DNA from: Candidatus Bathyarchaeota archaeon
GTDB taxonomy: Archaea; Thermoproteota; Bathyarchaeia; Bathyarchaeales; Bathycorpusculaceae
Direction: 5' to 3'
Length of the DNA stretch: 64,000 nucleotides
NCBI GenBank assembly: GCA_963720565.1
Contig: CAVRFW010000012.1
Location: 64,001 to 128,000 of the forward strand
In this document: positions 1-8,463 of the stretch, one piece after another
How positions within the stretch are numbered: the first letter of the stretch is position 1
Layout: each line of letters starts with the position of its first letter
Notes under the pieces: generated by a model
Seen by the model: only the letters and a program-made list of their open reading frames with translations
What the model was told of the DNA's origin: nothing
The model's database searches: none
Translations under genes and position numbers: made by a program

Positions 1-352
1 CGTCCAAGAATGCTTCGTCAATGCCTACTTGCTCGAATATGTCTGCATAGCTTCTTAGAATATTCATTATCTTTTCTGATGTTTCTTCATAATACTTGTA
101 ATCCACAGGCAGGAAAACTGCGTCCGTGCCGTCCAGTTTTCTTTTCGCCAAGAAAAGAGGCATCCCTGATTTAACCCCGTATTGCCTGGCTATATAGTTG
201 GCAGTGCTGACCGCCCCGCTTTCCTCTGTCCGTCCTGAATAGACGCCTACTACAACCGGTTTGTTCTTCAAGGAATCATTCCGTAGCTCTTCGCACTGGG
301 CAAAAAAGTAGTCTAAGTCCACCAGCATTATAACTCGATTCTGAACCGGCAA
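1..352 (-). CDS. dinB: DNA polymerase IV (Y-family, DinB/Dpo4), 3' end runs off the window
   Basis: Manual translation from TTG at 352 gives MPVQNRVIMLVDLDYFFAQCEELRNDSLKNKPVVVGVYSGRTEESGAVSTANYIARQYGVKSGM...QVGIDEAFLD. This contains the Y-family motifs D-x-D-Y-F-F-A, TANY-x-AR-x-YGV and IDEAFLD. It is not in the ORF track. Confidence 0.95.
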   Translation of the reverse strand, partial: MPVQNRVIMLVDLDYFFAQCEELRNDSLKNKPVVVGVYSGRTEESGAVSTANYIARQYGVKSGMPLFLAKRKLDGTDAVFLPVDYKYYEETSEKIMNILRSYADIFEQVGIDEAFLD

Positions 353-358
353 AGCACT

Positions 359-1219
359 TCACCTCTTAGCAGACGGAAGGAGCCATGAACCATCACAAGC
401 TGCAGTATTCAACTCGGACAGACCTTCCCTGCAAACACCAAACTTCAAACCATTAGCGGTGACTAATTCCTGCAAGTTCTTCATGAGTTTTAGGCGTAAG
501 GTTTTTGGCAATAATGTGTAACCTCCAATTCTTTCTCCTTGGCGAAAATAAAGGTCTTTTAGTTTTTCTGCAGCCTCGGGAAAAACAGTGGAGAAGCGAC
601 GCCAATTGTCAGGTCTAACCTTGTAAGTTGAACTAGTTATGTGCCTCACGCCACTGTTGACGAGTTTCTCAACCAGCTTCTCAGGTTTGTCATTCACGAA
701 GGGTATAATGGGATCTATTCGGACAGAAACCGGAATTCCTTCGCGAGACAAGTCTTTCAGAGCTCTGATTCGCTCACTAGGTAACGGGGCTTGTGGCTCT
801 AAGAGTCTTGCTGTGCAATCGTCGTCTGTTGTTATAGTTAAGGCCACGGTTGATGGTACTTTGACAAGCAAATCATCATCTCGGGTAACCATACTGGATT
901 TGGTGATTATCTGGATTCGACAGTCGTTTTCCGTTAGGATTTCCAGGCATTTCCGAGTAATTCCAGCAGAGGCTTCCATTCGGGGATAAGGATCAGATGA
1001 GTTGGCTATTGACACTATTTCTCCTTTGAGTTTTGAGGCTTCTGTTCTCAGTCTTTGGAGAAACTCTTTTTTTGGGCGGCACTCAGAAAAGTTAGGAACA
1101 TAGCTTGACGCGTAGCAATAGACGCAAGAATGGTCACAGCCGCTGTACGGGTTAAGAGTCAATTTGGGTGGACATGAGCAGAGTTTTGAGCGCCACGGAT
1201 CGAAATGTGATATCAGCAC
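359..1219 (-). CDS. Radical SAM protein, spore-photoproduct-lyase-like family
   Basis: LNPYSGCDHSCVYCYA carries the CxxxCxxC motif; SSDPY, ITKS and RIDPIIP are typical of SplB-like radical SAM proteins. Confidence 0.85.
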   Translation of the reverse strand: MLISHFDPWRSKLCSCPPKLTLNPYSGCDHSCVYCYASSYVPNFSECRPKKEFLQRLRTEASKLKGEIVSIANSSDPYPRMEASAGITRKCLEILTENDCRIQIITKSSMVTRDDDLLVKVPSTVALTITTDDDCTARLLEPQAPLPSERIRALKDLSREGIPVSVRIDPIIPFVNDKPEKLVEKLVNSGVRHITSSTYKVRPDNWRRFSTVFPEAAEKLKDLYFRQGERIGGYTLLPKTLRLKLMKNLQELVTANGLKFGVCREGLSELNTAACDGSWLLPSAKR

Positions 1220-1330
1220 TAATCGTCACTGGCTAGACTATACTTCTAAAGGTGGAAAAAAACAATTCGTTAACGTCAATGACTTTTTGGCAGGAAATTT
1301 CAGATAATACTATATAAAGCCAGTTACTCG

Positions 1331-1567
1331 TTAGGTGGCGGTGCTTTTCTTTTGGAAACATGACGAGGAATTCCAGTCTTTCCTTTTCTTGACAGCCCCT
1401 TTGAAGCTACGAAGCCTCTCCTCGCAAATACCTTTCTTCCATGAACATATTCCACTGATTATCTCGCTCAAGTAGTATTCGAACTCTTCGTCTGTTAAGC
1501 CCTTGGCGCAATCGACACGATAGACAATTTCATCTTTCTCTCTGCTGGCGGTTATCGAAACCAACAC
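1331..1567 (-). CDS. Hypothetical protein
   Basis: 78-aa ORF with plausible composition and no recognised motif. Confidence 0.45.
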   Translation of the reverse strand: MLVSITASREKDEIVYRVDCAKGLTDEEFEYYLSEIISGICSWKKGICEERLRSFKGAVKKRKDWNSSSCFQKKSTAT

Positions 1568-1722
1568 GGCTGCTTTCTTTTTTCACAGCTACCCACTCAA
1601 ACCTCTATTTGTTGATTGTTTCAAATTTAAGTTTTCGCAATATTTCTTCGTCAAGGTTTTCCTACCGCAACAGATAAAAACGTGCAAGGTAACCTTGAAA
1701 GGGTTTGTTGCAGGTGATTGGG

Positions 1723-1917
1723 ATGCCCTCTGAAATTCATGATGTTGAAAAGTTTGTTGCATTAAGCGCCAACGCTAAGCACTGCTCAGTGAAAAGGTTG
1801 AAGGAAAATGTGAAGCTAAAACTGCGAACCCCGAGCAGGCTTTACACTCTGAAAGTGGAACCTCTGAAGGCTGATGAAATTATTAAGAAATTAAAATGCG
1901 AAATTGAAGAGATCTGA
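1723..1917 (+). CDS. rpl38e: 50S ribosomal protein L38e
   Basis: MPSEIHDVEKF...VKLKLRTPSRLYTLKV matches L38e (K-x-K-x-R-x-x-R-x-LYTL). GGTGA ribosome-binding site (RBS) precedes ATG 1723. Confidence 0.85.
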   Translation: MPSEIHDVEKFVALSANAKHCSVKRLKENVKLKLRTPSRLYTLKVEPLKADEIIKKLKCEIEEI

Positions 1918-2107
1918 GGTCGAAGCGAAGACTAGCAATCAGCGTTGCACCGAACCCGGTGACCGGCTTTCCTGTTTTTATTTGAAATTGCAGCCCCGGA
2001 AGAATTTGCTCCTTTAAGACTCCATTAAATTGCAGGTGAATTCATTACTGCAATCCCTAAGCTTATAAAGAAAACGTACATAAATATGAAGAAGGAGAGG
2101 AACAAAA

Positions 2108-2479
2108 ATGGGTTATGAGTCATTGTTAATACAGATCGTCGTCGCTGCTGTAGTTCTTGCTCCAGTGCTGTACTTTGTTGGCAAATGGTTCGTTGGCAAA
2201 GACAAGGCAAAATTCACCGATGCCCTATGGATTGGAATTCTGGGAGTAGTAATTGGCGCAGTCGTTGGCTTCATACTTGGCGGTGCACTTGGTTCAATCC
2301 TCGGACTGCTAATTATGATAATAGTCTGGGTGGCATTGGTTCGACACTTCTTCGACTGTTCTTGGATGAAAGCGGTAGTAATAGCGGTTATTGCAGGTAT
2401 ACTCTACTGGATCATATCGTTGATACTATCGTTCATACTGGTGATGCTTGGGCTTCCAGCACTACCATCTTTGTGGTAA
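2108..2479 (+). CDS. Small multi-pass membrane protein
   Basis: Four hydrophobic segments; GGAG RBS upstream and a T-tract downstream. Confidence 0.75.
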   Translation: MGYESLLIQIVVAAVVLAPVLYFVGKWFVGKDKAKFTDALWIGILGVVIGAVVGFILGGALGSILGLLIMIIVWVALVRHFFDCSWMKAVVIAVIAGILYWIISLILSFILVMLGLPALPSLW

Positions 2480-2705
2480 ACGTCATCAGAGAGTCCTTAA
2501 ATTCTTTTTATTTTTTGTTTCAACAATTTCTAGTTATTTGAGTGCATGAAAAACTAAGTTAGTCAGTTTGAGCGTTATGATTTCGCTGTTCTTATTTGGA
2601 TTCAAATCTATATCGCAGGAAAGTGAAAAGGACTCTGGTAAATGAATACTTAATAAACAATAAATAAATACGGGTAGCAATGAATCTAATTACAGTGAGA
2701 TATAG

Positions 2706-3110
2706 ATGACGAACGTTGAGAAGATAGAAGGAATAGGACCCGACTACAAAAAGAAGCTTGCAGTAGCAAAGATTATGACCACGGAACAATTGCTCGAAGC
2801 AGGTTCAAAGAAGAAGGGTCGTGAGGACCTTGCGGAGAAATCGGGAATCTCGCCAAAGTTGATTCTTGAGTGGGTGAATTTGGCAGACTTGATGAGGATT
2901 AAAGGCGTAGGCGAGGAATACTCAGATCTCTTAGAGGAAGCAGGAGTAGACACTATTGCAGAACTGGCAAATAGAAAACCAGAAAATCTTATCACCAAGA
3001 TTCTTGAAGTAAACGAAAAAGAAAAACTCGTTCGAAGACCCCCAGTCCTAAAGCAGGTTCAAAATTGGGTGGAACAAGCAAAGAAGTTGCCCAAAATAGT
3101 CGAGTACTAA
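2706..3110 (+). CDS. DUF4332-like helix-hairpin-helix protein
   Basis: IEGIGP...ADLMRIKGVGEEYSDLLEEAGVDT...VRRPP...WVEQAK; two HhH-like GIG/GVG motifs. Confidence 0.85.
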   Translation: MTNVEKIEGIGPDYKKKLAVAKIMTTEQLLEAGSKKKGREDLAEKSGISPKLILEWVNLADLMRIKGVGEEYSDLLEEAGVDTIAELANRKPENLITKILEVNEKEKLVRRPPVLKQVQNWVEQAKKLPKIVEY

Positions 3111-3126
3111 ACTTTTCGCCCAGAGA

Positions 3127-3156
3127 GCACGGAGTTTTCCGTGCATTATTTTTCTC
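3127..3156 (+). terminator. Hairpin followed by a T-rich tract
   Basis: GCACGGA-GTTT-TCCGTGC stem-loop followed by ATTATTTTTCTC, just after the stop at 3110. Confidence 0.5.
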
Positions 3157-3408
3157 TTGTTGCCAAAAAAAATTGTTAAATTAGCGATAATGTTATGAGA
3201 TTTGATTTTTTTTCCCACTAGACTGCAGTAGGAACATGTGGTTACTATAGATCACGCTATGATAAGCTCTGCATATTTTTCAACATAGCAAAATGGTATT
3301 GTAGCAATTTTTGGTGTGTTGGCAGCAACCCAATGCAATCCGGACGGAGGAATTTTTCTCATAATGACGAAGACTATTAGGAAAGTTGGGTGATCGCCTA
3401 TCTTGTTG

Positions 3409-3486
3409 TGGTGGGCCGGACCGGATTCGGACCGGCGACCTTCTGCACGTCAAGCAGATGTCCTAACCAGGCTAGACGACCGGCCC
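3409..3486 (-). tRNA. tRNA-Val(GAC), CCA encoded
   Basis: The minus strand folds with acceptor GGGCCGG/CCGGCCC, anticodon arm TCTGC-TT GAC GT-GCAGA, T-arm GCCGG-TCCGAAT-CCGGT and an ACCA end. Confidence 0.93.
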
Positions 3487-3695
3487 ACTCGTATGTTTGC
3501 AGTGACAAGCTTTCGGTGTTCGGAATATTTATGGGTTTTGCGCAAAGCCCTCTGCCTCAAACGTTTCTTGTTTAGTCTGAGATGCGAAATATGTCGTAAA
3601 TCGCAGTTCGCTACTTAAATACCCAAAACACTTACCAGTTCAATGGGAAGAGAGAGGGGGAGGCTGGAATACTAAGAATCAAAACGGTTCCGAGT

Positions 3696-4019
3696 TTGGC
3701 CATGATCTTAAGCGGAACAATGGATTGGCTGACAACAATCGTCGGAATCGGTTTCTTTGGAGCTATAGAAAGCAACCCGTTTATGTCAGGCTTAACCAGC
3801 ACAAGCCTCATCACTTTCACAGTTGTTAAACTTTCAACAACGCTGCTTGTAGCGTTCATGTTTCACAAAGCAGATCAAACATTACTTGAGACAATGGATA
3901 AGAAGAGCCGTTCCTTTTCTCTAACGCGTCTAACTCTGAAGGGTGCATATGTCATCTCGACAGCGCTATTAGCTGCAGCCGTGTTAAACAACATCATCGT
4001 TGTCGTCCGAGCCCTTTGA
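3696..4019 (+). CDS. Small membrane protein (DUF5658-like)
   Basis: D-x-LTT...GAIESNP...K...NN pattern with three transmembrane segments; start uncertain. Confidence 0.65.
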   Translation: MAMILSGTMDWLTTIVGIGFFGAIESNPFMSGLTSTSLITFTVVKLSTTLLVAFMFHKADQTLLETMDKKSRSFSLTRLTLKGAYVISTALLAAAVLNNIIVVVRAL

Positions 4020-4455
4020 AGAGAAACAATGTGAAGAGCTTTTAATTAGAAACTGCACTTTCCCTGCTGCAACAATAGAAGGCGGGTTTAAGACACTGCA
4101 AAACGAGTTCAAACCAAAAGTTGTGTGGTTAATTCTAAACGGAAAACCGGAGGAGGCACTTATGCTCTTAGCGAAAAACTACAGTGTTGCGGTCCCCAAG
4201 TTAAAAGTCGGTTTGCCCAAGGGACGTGCCACAAAAGCTTACGGATGCTATAGCCCAAGCAACGAGACTATTTCAGTGCTTAATAGCGATGTAATTCAAA
4301 ACCCTTTTGTAATTCTTCACGAGTTCTACCATCACCTTCGAACTTCTATTGATAAGCAGCACAAGGGTACGGAAAAAAACGCAGACAAGTTCGCGTTGGA
4401 GTTTCTAGCGTCCTACAGATCAACAGATCCTGTGGGAGAAACTGAGCCAACGTAA
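4000..4455 (+). CDS. Hypothetical protein with an HExxH zinc-metalloprotease-like motif
   Basis: ILHEFYHH...E-x-x-AD-x-FA (zincin/IrrE-like). The true start is probably near 4090. Confidence 0.65.
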   Translation: MSSEPFEEKQCEELLIRNCTFPAATIEGGFKTLQNEFKPKVVWLILNGKPEEALMLLAKNYSVAVPKLKVGLPKGRATKAYGCYSPSNETISVLNSDVIQNPFVILHEFYHHLRTSIDKQHKGTEKNADKFALEFLASYRSTDPVGETEPT

Positions 4456-4461
4456 TCTTTT

Positions 4462-4854
4462 TTATTCCCCGAGAATCCGAAGAGTTAACTTTTCACCCTT
4501 GGAGTCGTAAACAATGGCATTTTGAAGGTTAACGAAGGGAAAACCTACAATCATTAAGATACGCCCGAAGAAGTGATTAAGGTCTACAGTCGAAGGATTA
4601 AGGTTTCCAGACGGGTGAGAATGCACTGTACCAACAATAGAAAAATCCATTGGCAACATGTGAAACGGCAGATTGGCAAAGCCATACCCATAGACCGCTA
4701 AAGGCGGGACAACAAGATCCGTCACCCTGATTTCCTCTTTTCTCTTCCTGCCGCGGAGAAGAAGAAATGTCTCTCTTGGATAGAGTCTTCTTGCACCCTC
4801 GAATATTGAATCCAGCAAGTCAAGGTTAATCGTAACCGTTAGGTTGTTGCTCAT
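4462..4854 (-). CDS. JAB/MPN+ (JAMM) metalloprotease domain protein
   Basis: YPRE...GTVHSHPSGNLNPSTVD is the JAMM E-(x)n-H-S-H-x7-S-x2-D motif. ATG at 4854 has a GAGG RBS. Confidence 0.9.
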   Translation of the reverse strand: MSNNLTVTINLDLLDSIFEGARRLYPRETFLLLRGRKRKEEIRVTDLVVPPLAVYGYGFANLPFHMLPMDFSIVGTVHSHPSGNLNPSTVDLNHFFGRILMIVGFPFVNLQNAIVYDSKGEKLTLRILGE

Positions 4855-4958
4855 GGCAATCCTCAAGGGGGTTACTCGCCTAATTACCTTTCCCGAGTTA
4901 GTTGTCATCTCTGATACAGAAAACAGAAATAAACAAGAGCAGCAATTAGACAAGCGGA

Positions 4959-5043
4959 GCCGGGATGGCAGAGTGGTTAACGCGCGGGCCTTGAGAGCCC
5001 GTGGATCTTCTGGTCCGCATGGGTTCGAATCCCATTCCCGGCG
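4959..5043 (+). tRNA. tRNA-Ser(TGA)
   Basis: Acceptor GCCGGGA/TCCCGGC, anticodon arm CGGGC-CT TGA GA-GCCCG, long variable arm, GGTTCGAATCC T-loop and a G discriminator. Confidence 0.95.
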
Positions 5044-5392
5044 CCTATTTACTATTAGATTTGAGGTTGAGCGGGTACTCCGCAGTGGATTTTGAATGTG
5101 TATTGGTAGTGTTGATTCTTGATGGTGTTTTAATGGTTTTTCGCGTATGTGTTGTACAGTTCGCTTGGCCTCCGTATTATGTTGGTTTTGGGGACATTTC
5201 GGGGTCTGATACGTTGCGATTTTCGGGTTTACCGTGTTCTACAGTATGCTCTGGTATGTTTGTGGTATGCCTCTATCGTTATATCGGCGTTTGCGCATTG
5301 ATAGTATCGTACGACATATGTCTCACTAAAGACCTATCGTACACGTGTAGAACAAAAATACAATAAAAACCGCAAGGAGAAAAAACAAACAA

Positions 5393-5803
5393 ATGAACAA
5401 CCCACAAAAGGAAGCCCAAACAAAACTCACCAAAGGCCTACTCGACATGATCGTCCTCCAACTACTAAGGAACGAGCCCATGCACGGCTACCAAATCATA
5501 ACTAGCATTCGAAGAAGCTTCGGTGTGTACTTTGGTCCCAGCACCGTTTATCCCATGTTGGGTGTGCTTGAGAAGAAAGGACAAGTCAAAAGCGAGTGGA
5601 ACATGAATGGCGAGAGACCCCGTAAAGTTTACACCCTTACTGTTGAGGGTCAGAATCTGTTGTCTTTCACTGAGGGTTCTTTGAATCTGATTTGCAGGAC
5701 TTTATCCAAGACTTCTGCTGCTGAGGCTGCCGTTACGGTGTATCCTTCAGCTATCCGCAGCAATGTTGGGAAAGCTATAAGCAATCCTGCCTTCGCTCGC
5801 TAG
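5393..5803 (+). CDS. PadR-family transcriptional regulator
   Basis: KGLLDMIVLQLL...PMHGYQII...GPSTVYPML..LEKKG...RPRKVYTLT.EG; AGGAG RBS upstream. Confidence 0.92.
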   Translation: MNNPQKEAQTKLTKGLLDMIVLQLLRNEPMHGYQIITSIRRSFGVYFGPSTVYPMLGVLEKKGQVKSEWNMNGERPRKVYTLTVEGQNLLSFTEGSLNLICRTLSKTSAAEAAVTVYPSAIRSNVGKAISNPAFAR

Positions 5804-6187
5804 AACAAAGAAAACAGAACTTTCTTCCAAAGCTCCTCTGTTTCCACCACACTATGAAAGGTAAACCCTCCGAATCCTACTACTATCTGGTTTTGCTCGG
5901 ATACAGCGTCGAAAAATGGGTTGCTATAGTAGCAAACCTCCCATAGCGCTAAAGTGCAAGACTCCAGGTTGGGCAAGGGAACAAGGTGGGCGCAAATCCA
6001 TTTAGGGCGCTCCAGAAAAGAGGACCAATCGCTACTGAAAACTCTTACTTGAAATCACTCACTTTGATTTTCCAAGTACTCAGCCAGTCTTTTCCAAATT
6101 AGTAAGAGGGCTAATTATTTGCAGTTCATAATTGTTAAGTTTAAGGGGTAAGAATAGCAGTGAAAACACTGAAAAAGAGGAAAAGAA

Positions 6188-6454
6188 ATGCCGGAATTTC
6201 TCGTCTTGTTGAAGTTGAATCCTATGCAGATAATAGATGCGCTTAGCGCAATCAGAAACTTGGAGCAAAAACCCGTTCCAGGCGTGGATTTGCTATACAG
6301 CATAAACATTTTTGGTTCATGGGATGCGGGGGTATGGATAAACGCTAACGAAAACGCGCAAGCCTTGGATTTCGTTCAGAAAAAGATAAAGACCCTTGGC
6401 GGCGTGACCGAAACTTATTCGATACCGACGTTTCCGCATGGTAACGGAGTCTAG
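6188..6454 (+). CDS. Small Lrp/AsnC ligand-binding (RAM)-like protein
   Basis: FG-x-WD...IKTLGGVTETYS pattern resembles stand-alone AsnC C-terminal domains. Confidence 0.55.
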   Translation: MPEFLVLLKLNPMQIIDALSAIRNLEQKPVPGVDLLYSINIFGSWDAGVWINANENAQALDFVQKKIKTLGGVTETYSIPTFPHGNGV

Positions 6455-6689
6455 AAGCCTAGCATCAATGGATACTTGACCTTAGCAATACGTTGTTCCT
6501 GCAAAGCTGAATTTTCTTAGGTCGCCTTCCGCGTCTAGTCCCCCTTGTGTATTTGTGTTTTACAGAAATACAAGATGTATACGTAATACTTAGTGAGCTT
6601 AAACAACCACTAAATACAACTTTTGAGCAGAGTAAACCAAAGCAGTGTGCCTATACGATGCAGCAGAGAGACGCGAGGTACGGTAGCGC

Positions 6690-7477
6690 ATGAAAAAGTA
6701 TCACTGTTCGAATCCTAATTGTAAGAGCGTTTTCTCTGAACCCAAAGTGATAATGTATCGTGTATGCCCGACCTGTCAAACCATGATTGACTCAACAGCA
6801 GCCATTTATCAAGCTGGAACAGTTGTTGAAGAAGAACAGGTACCGACAAGACAATCCAAAACAACAGATGTTCTCAAAAAGCAAGTCATGTCTCAAACCG
6901 AAGAACCCAAAACAACGGAAACGAAAAACCAGCTACCGTTAGAAGCGAAAGAACCAGAAATTGCGCAACCTCCAGTAGCCGAACAGGAGACGAAAGAGAC
7001 AAAATCAACAGATACAACTACGAAACCATCACCAAAAACCACGGAATCTGATGTCGCCGAATTAAAACCGGCATTGTCAACAAAACCAGAAGAGCCCAAA
7101 CCAGTGCAACTCGAAGAGATTGAACCCAATCGCGCAGAGCATAAAAGCAACAATGCAGCAAATAGAGGTAGAATCTAAAAAAGTAGAATCTAAGATTGCG
7201 ATGCCGCCGAAAACAATAGCGCAAGCCAAAACGAGTCAGCAGAAAACTGAACCGAAAACCATGGTTCAGCAATCGGTTAAAAGCAAGACAGATAGCGCTA
7301 CATCCGACAAGACTTGTCAGCACTATTTACGGTTATCTGGGACAGCGGGAAAAGGGGGAAGGAATACCTAGTTCCTGCGTGGAATGCGCCAAGTCCCTAG
7401 ATTGCATGCTCGCTGAATACTACAAGTCAAAAGAGACCGTTGAAGAAATCAGGAAATGGTACCGTCCGAAACTTTAA
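6690..7477 (+). CDS. Protein with an N-terminal Zn ribbon, a low-complexity linker and a C-terminal Cys-rich domain (two frameshifts)
   Basis: CSNPNC...CPTC at the N-terminus and a T/E/K/P-rich linker. After frame correction the C-terminus reads CQHY-GYLGQREKGEGIPSSCVECAKSLDCML...WYRPKL, with the stop at 7477. Confidence 0.65.
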
Positions 7478-7519
7478 GAGAGGACCAGTCCAAGGCATCT
7501 ACGTTAGGCAAGAAGGAAT

Positions 7520-7870
7520 TTATTCTTCGCTTACGCCAATGAATTTTCGTATGGCATCTATTGTTTGCTTCAGGGTTTTTTCGGTTAAGGGCGGATCGTA
7601 GGGTATGCGGAGAACCTCCCAACCGTTAGCAGTCAGCATTTCAGCGATTTCCTCGTCTTGCTTTTGTTTTTTGTCACCTGAGTGCGCTTGCACACCATCT
7701 AGATAAACGATTTTTCGCTTGTTGAGCCAGCAAAAATCAGGGATCGTAGATTTCAGCACTATTGTTTTTTGTGTTACCATGCCGTTGGTCAGTCCAGCTG
7801 CGCTTAATGCTTTGAAAACTTCGATTTCAGCTTTGCTGACTTTAGGGTGTAATCTTGCCTTGTAGCTCAA
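7520..7870 (-). CDS. DUF559/Vsr-like PD-(D/E)xK endonuclease domain protein
   Basis: S-x-AE...PDFC...YLDGVQAH...D...L..NGWEVLRI. Confidence 0.75.
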   Translation of the reverse strand: MSYKARLHPKVSKAEIEVFKALSAAGLTNGMVTQKTIVLKSTIPDFCWLNKRKIVYLDGVQAHSGDKKQKQDEEIAEMLTANGWEVLRIPYDPPLTEKTLKQTIDAIRKFIGVSEE

Positions 7871-8085
7871 TGCGACAGCTCCGGTTTCCCGTTAGATTAG
7901 GTGTATCCCCTAAAATGGGTTTTCCTCACGACACCTTTGCCTTCCGATTGTGGGCATGTTTTTCGTGTATGCTATAGGCCTTTGTCTTTGACCAAAAGAA
8001 GACAGCAACAATGTGACGCGCTGGGGTTTAGCAGTTAACTTTTAAATCCCGTTGTTAGTATTTCGTGTAAGGCATATAAGTGCGC

Positions 8086-8202
8086 GCGGGGGTCGCCGAG
8101 CCAGGTCAAAGGCGTAGAATCGCGTTGATAACTCAAGCGATGTGCATGCTTCAGGAGCCTATCCTGTAGGGGTTCGTGGGTTCGAATCCCACCCCCGCAC
8201 CA
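8086..8202 (+). tRNA. tRNA-Leu(CAG) with a 30-nt intron (8118-8147) at non-canonical position 29/30
   Basis: Removing 8118-8147 restores the anticodon arm TAGGC-TT CAG GA-GCCTA. A BHB motif is present, as are a long variable arm and a CCA end. The 3' acceptor strand is one C short in a homopolymer run. Confidence 0.9.
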
Positions 8203-8463
8203 TCTTCTCAGGCTTTATTTCATCTAAGAATCAGGTTTGCAGTTTATCTCAGCAATTAAGGATGAATTTACGAGCTTTTGCTTAGGGGTGGACACCCAAA
8301 AATTTGACGGCTAAAATATTGTTTTTCTTGCATTACTCATTTTAGAATTGACCAGAGACACTACAGTCAAAAACAGGATTTGTCTTACATATCTGTAGGA
8401 ATAGAGTTGACAAAAATGTAGAAAGCAGCATTGAAGTATCATTGAGCACTATTCGGTATCTAG

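Noticed and set aside
3390..5366. ORFs 3390-3575, 3403-3618, 4844-5095 and 5001-5366
   Set aside because: They overlap tRNA genes or G/T-rich non-coding DNA and are spurious.
5921..5935. Palindrome TTGCTA-TAG-TAGCAA and a possible ncRNA in 5810-6080
   Set aside because: It is a single occurrence, matches no RNA family I recognise, and lies far from the next start codon.
7910..7957. MPTIGRQ... mini-ORF resembling the start of ribosomal protein S30e
   Set aside because: It is only 15 codons long and lacks the HGSL/AGKV motif.
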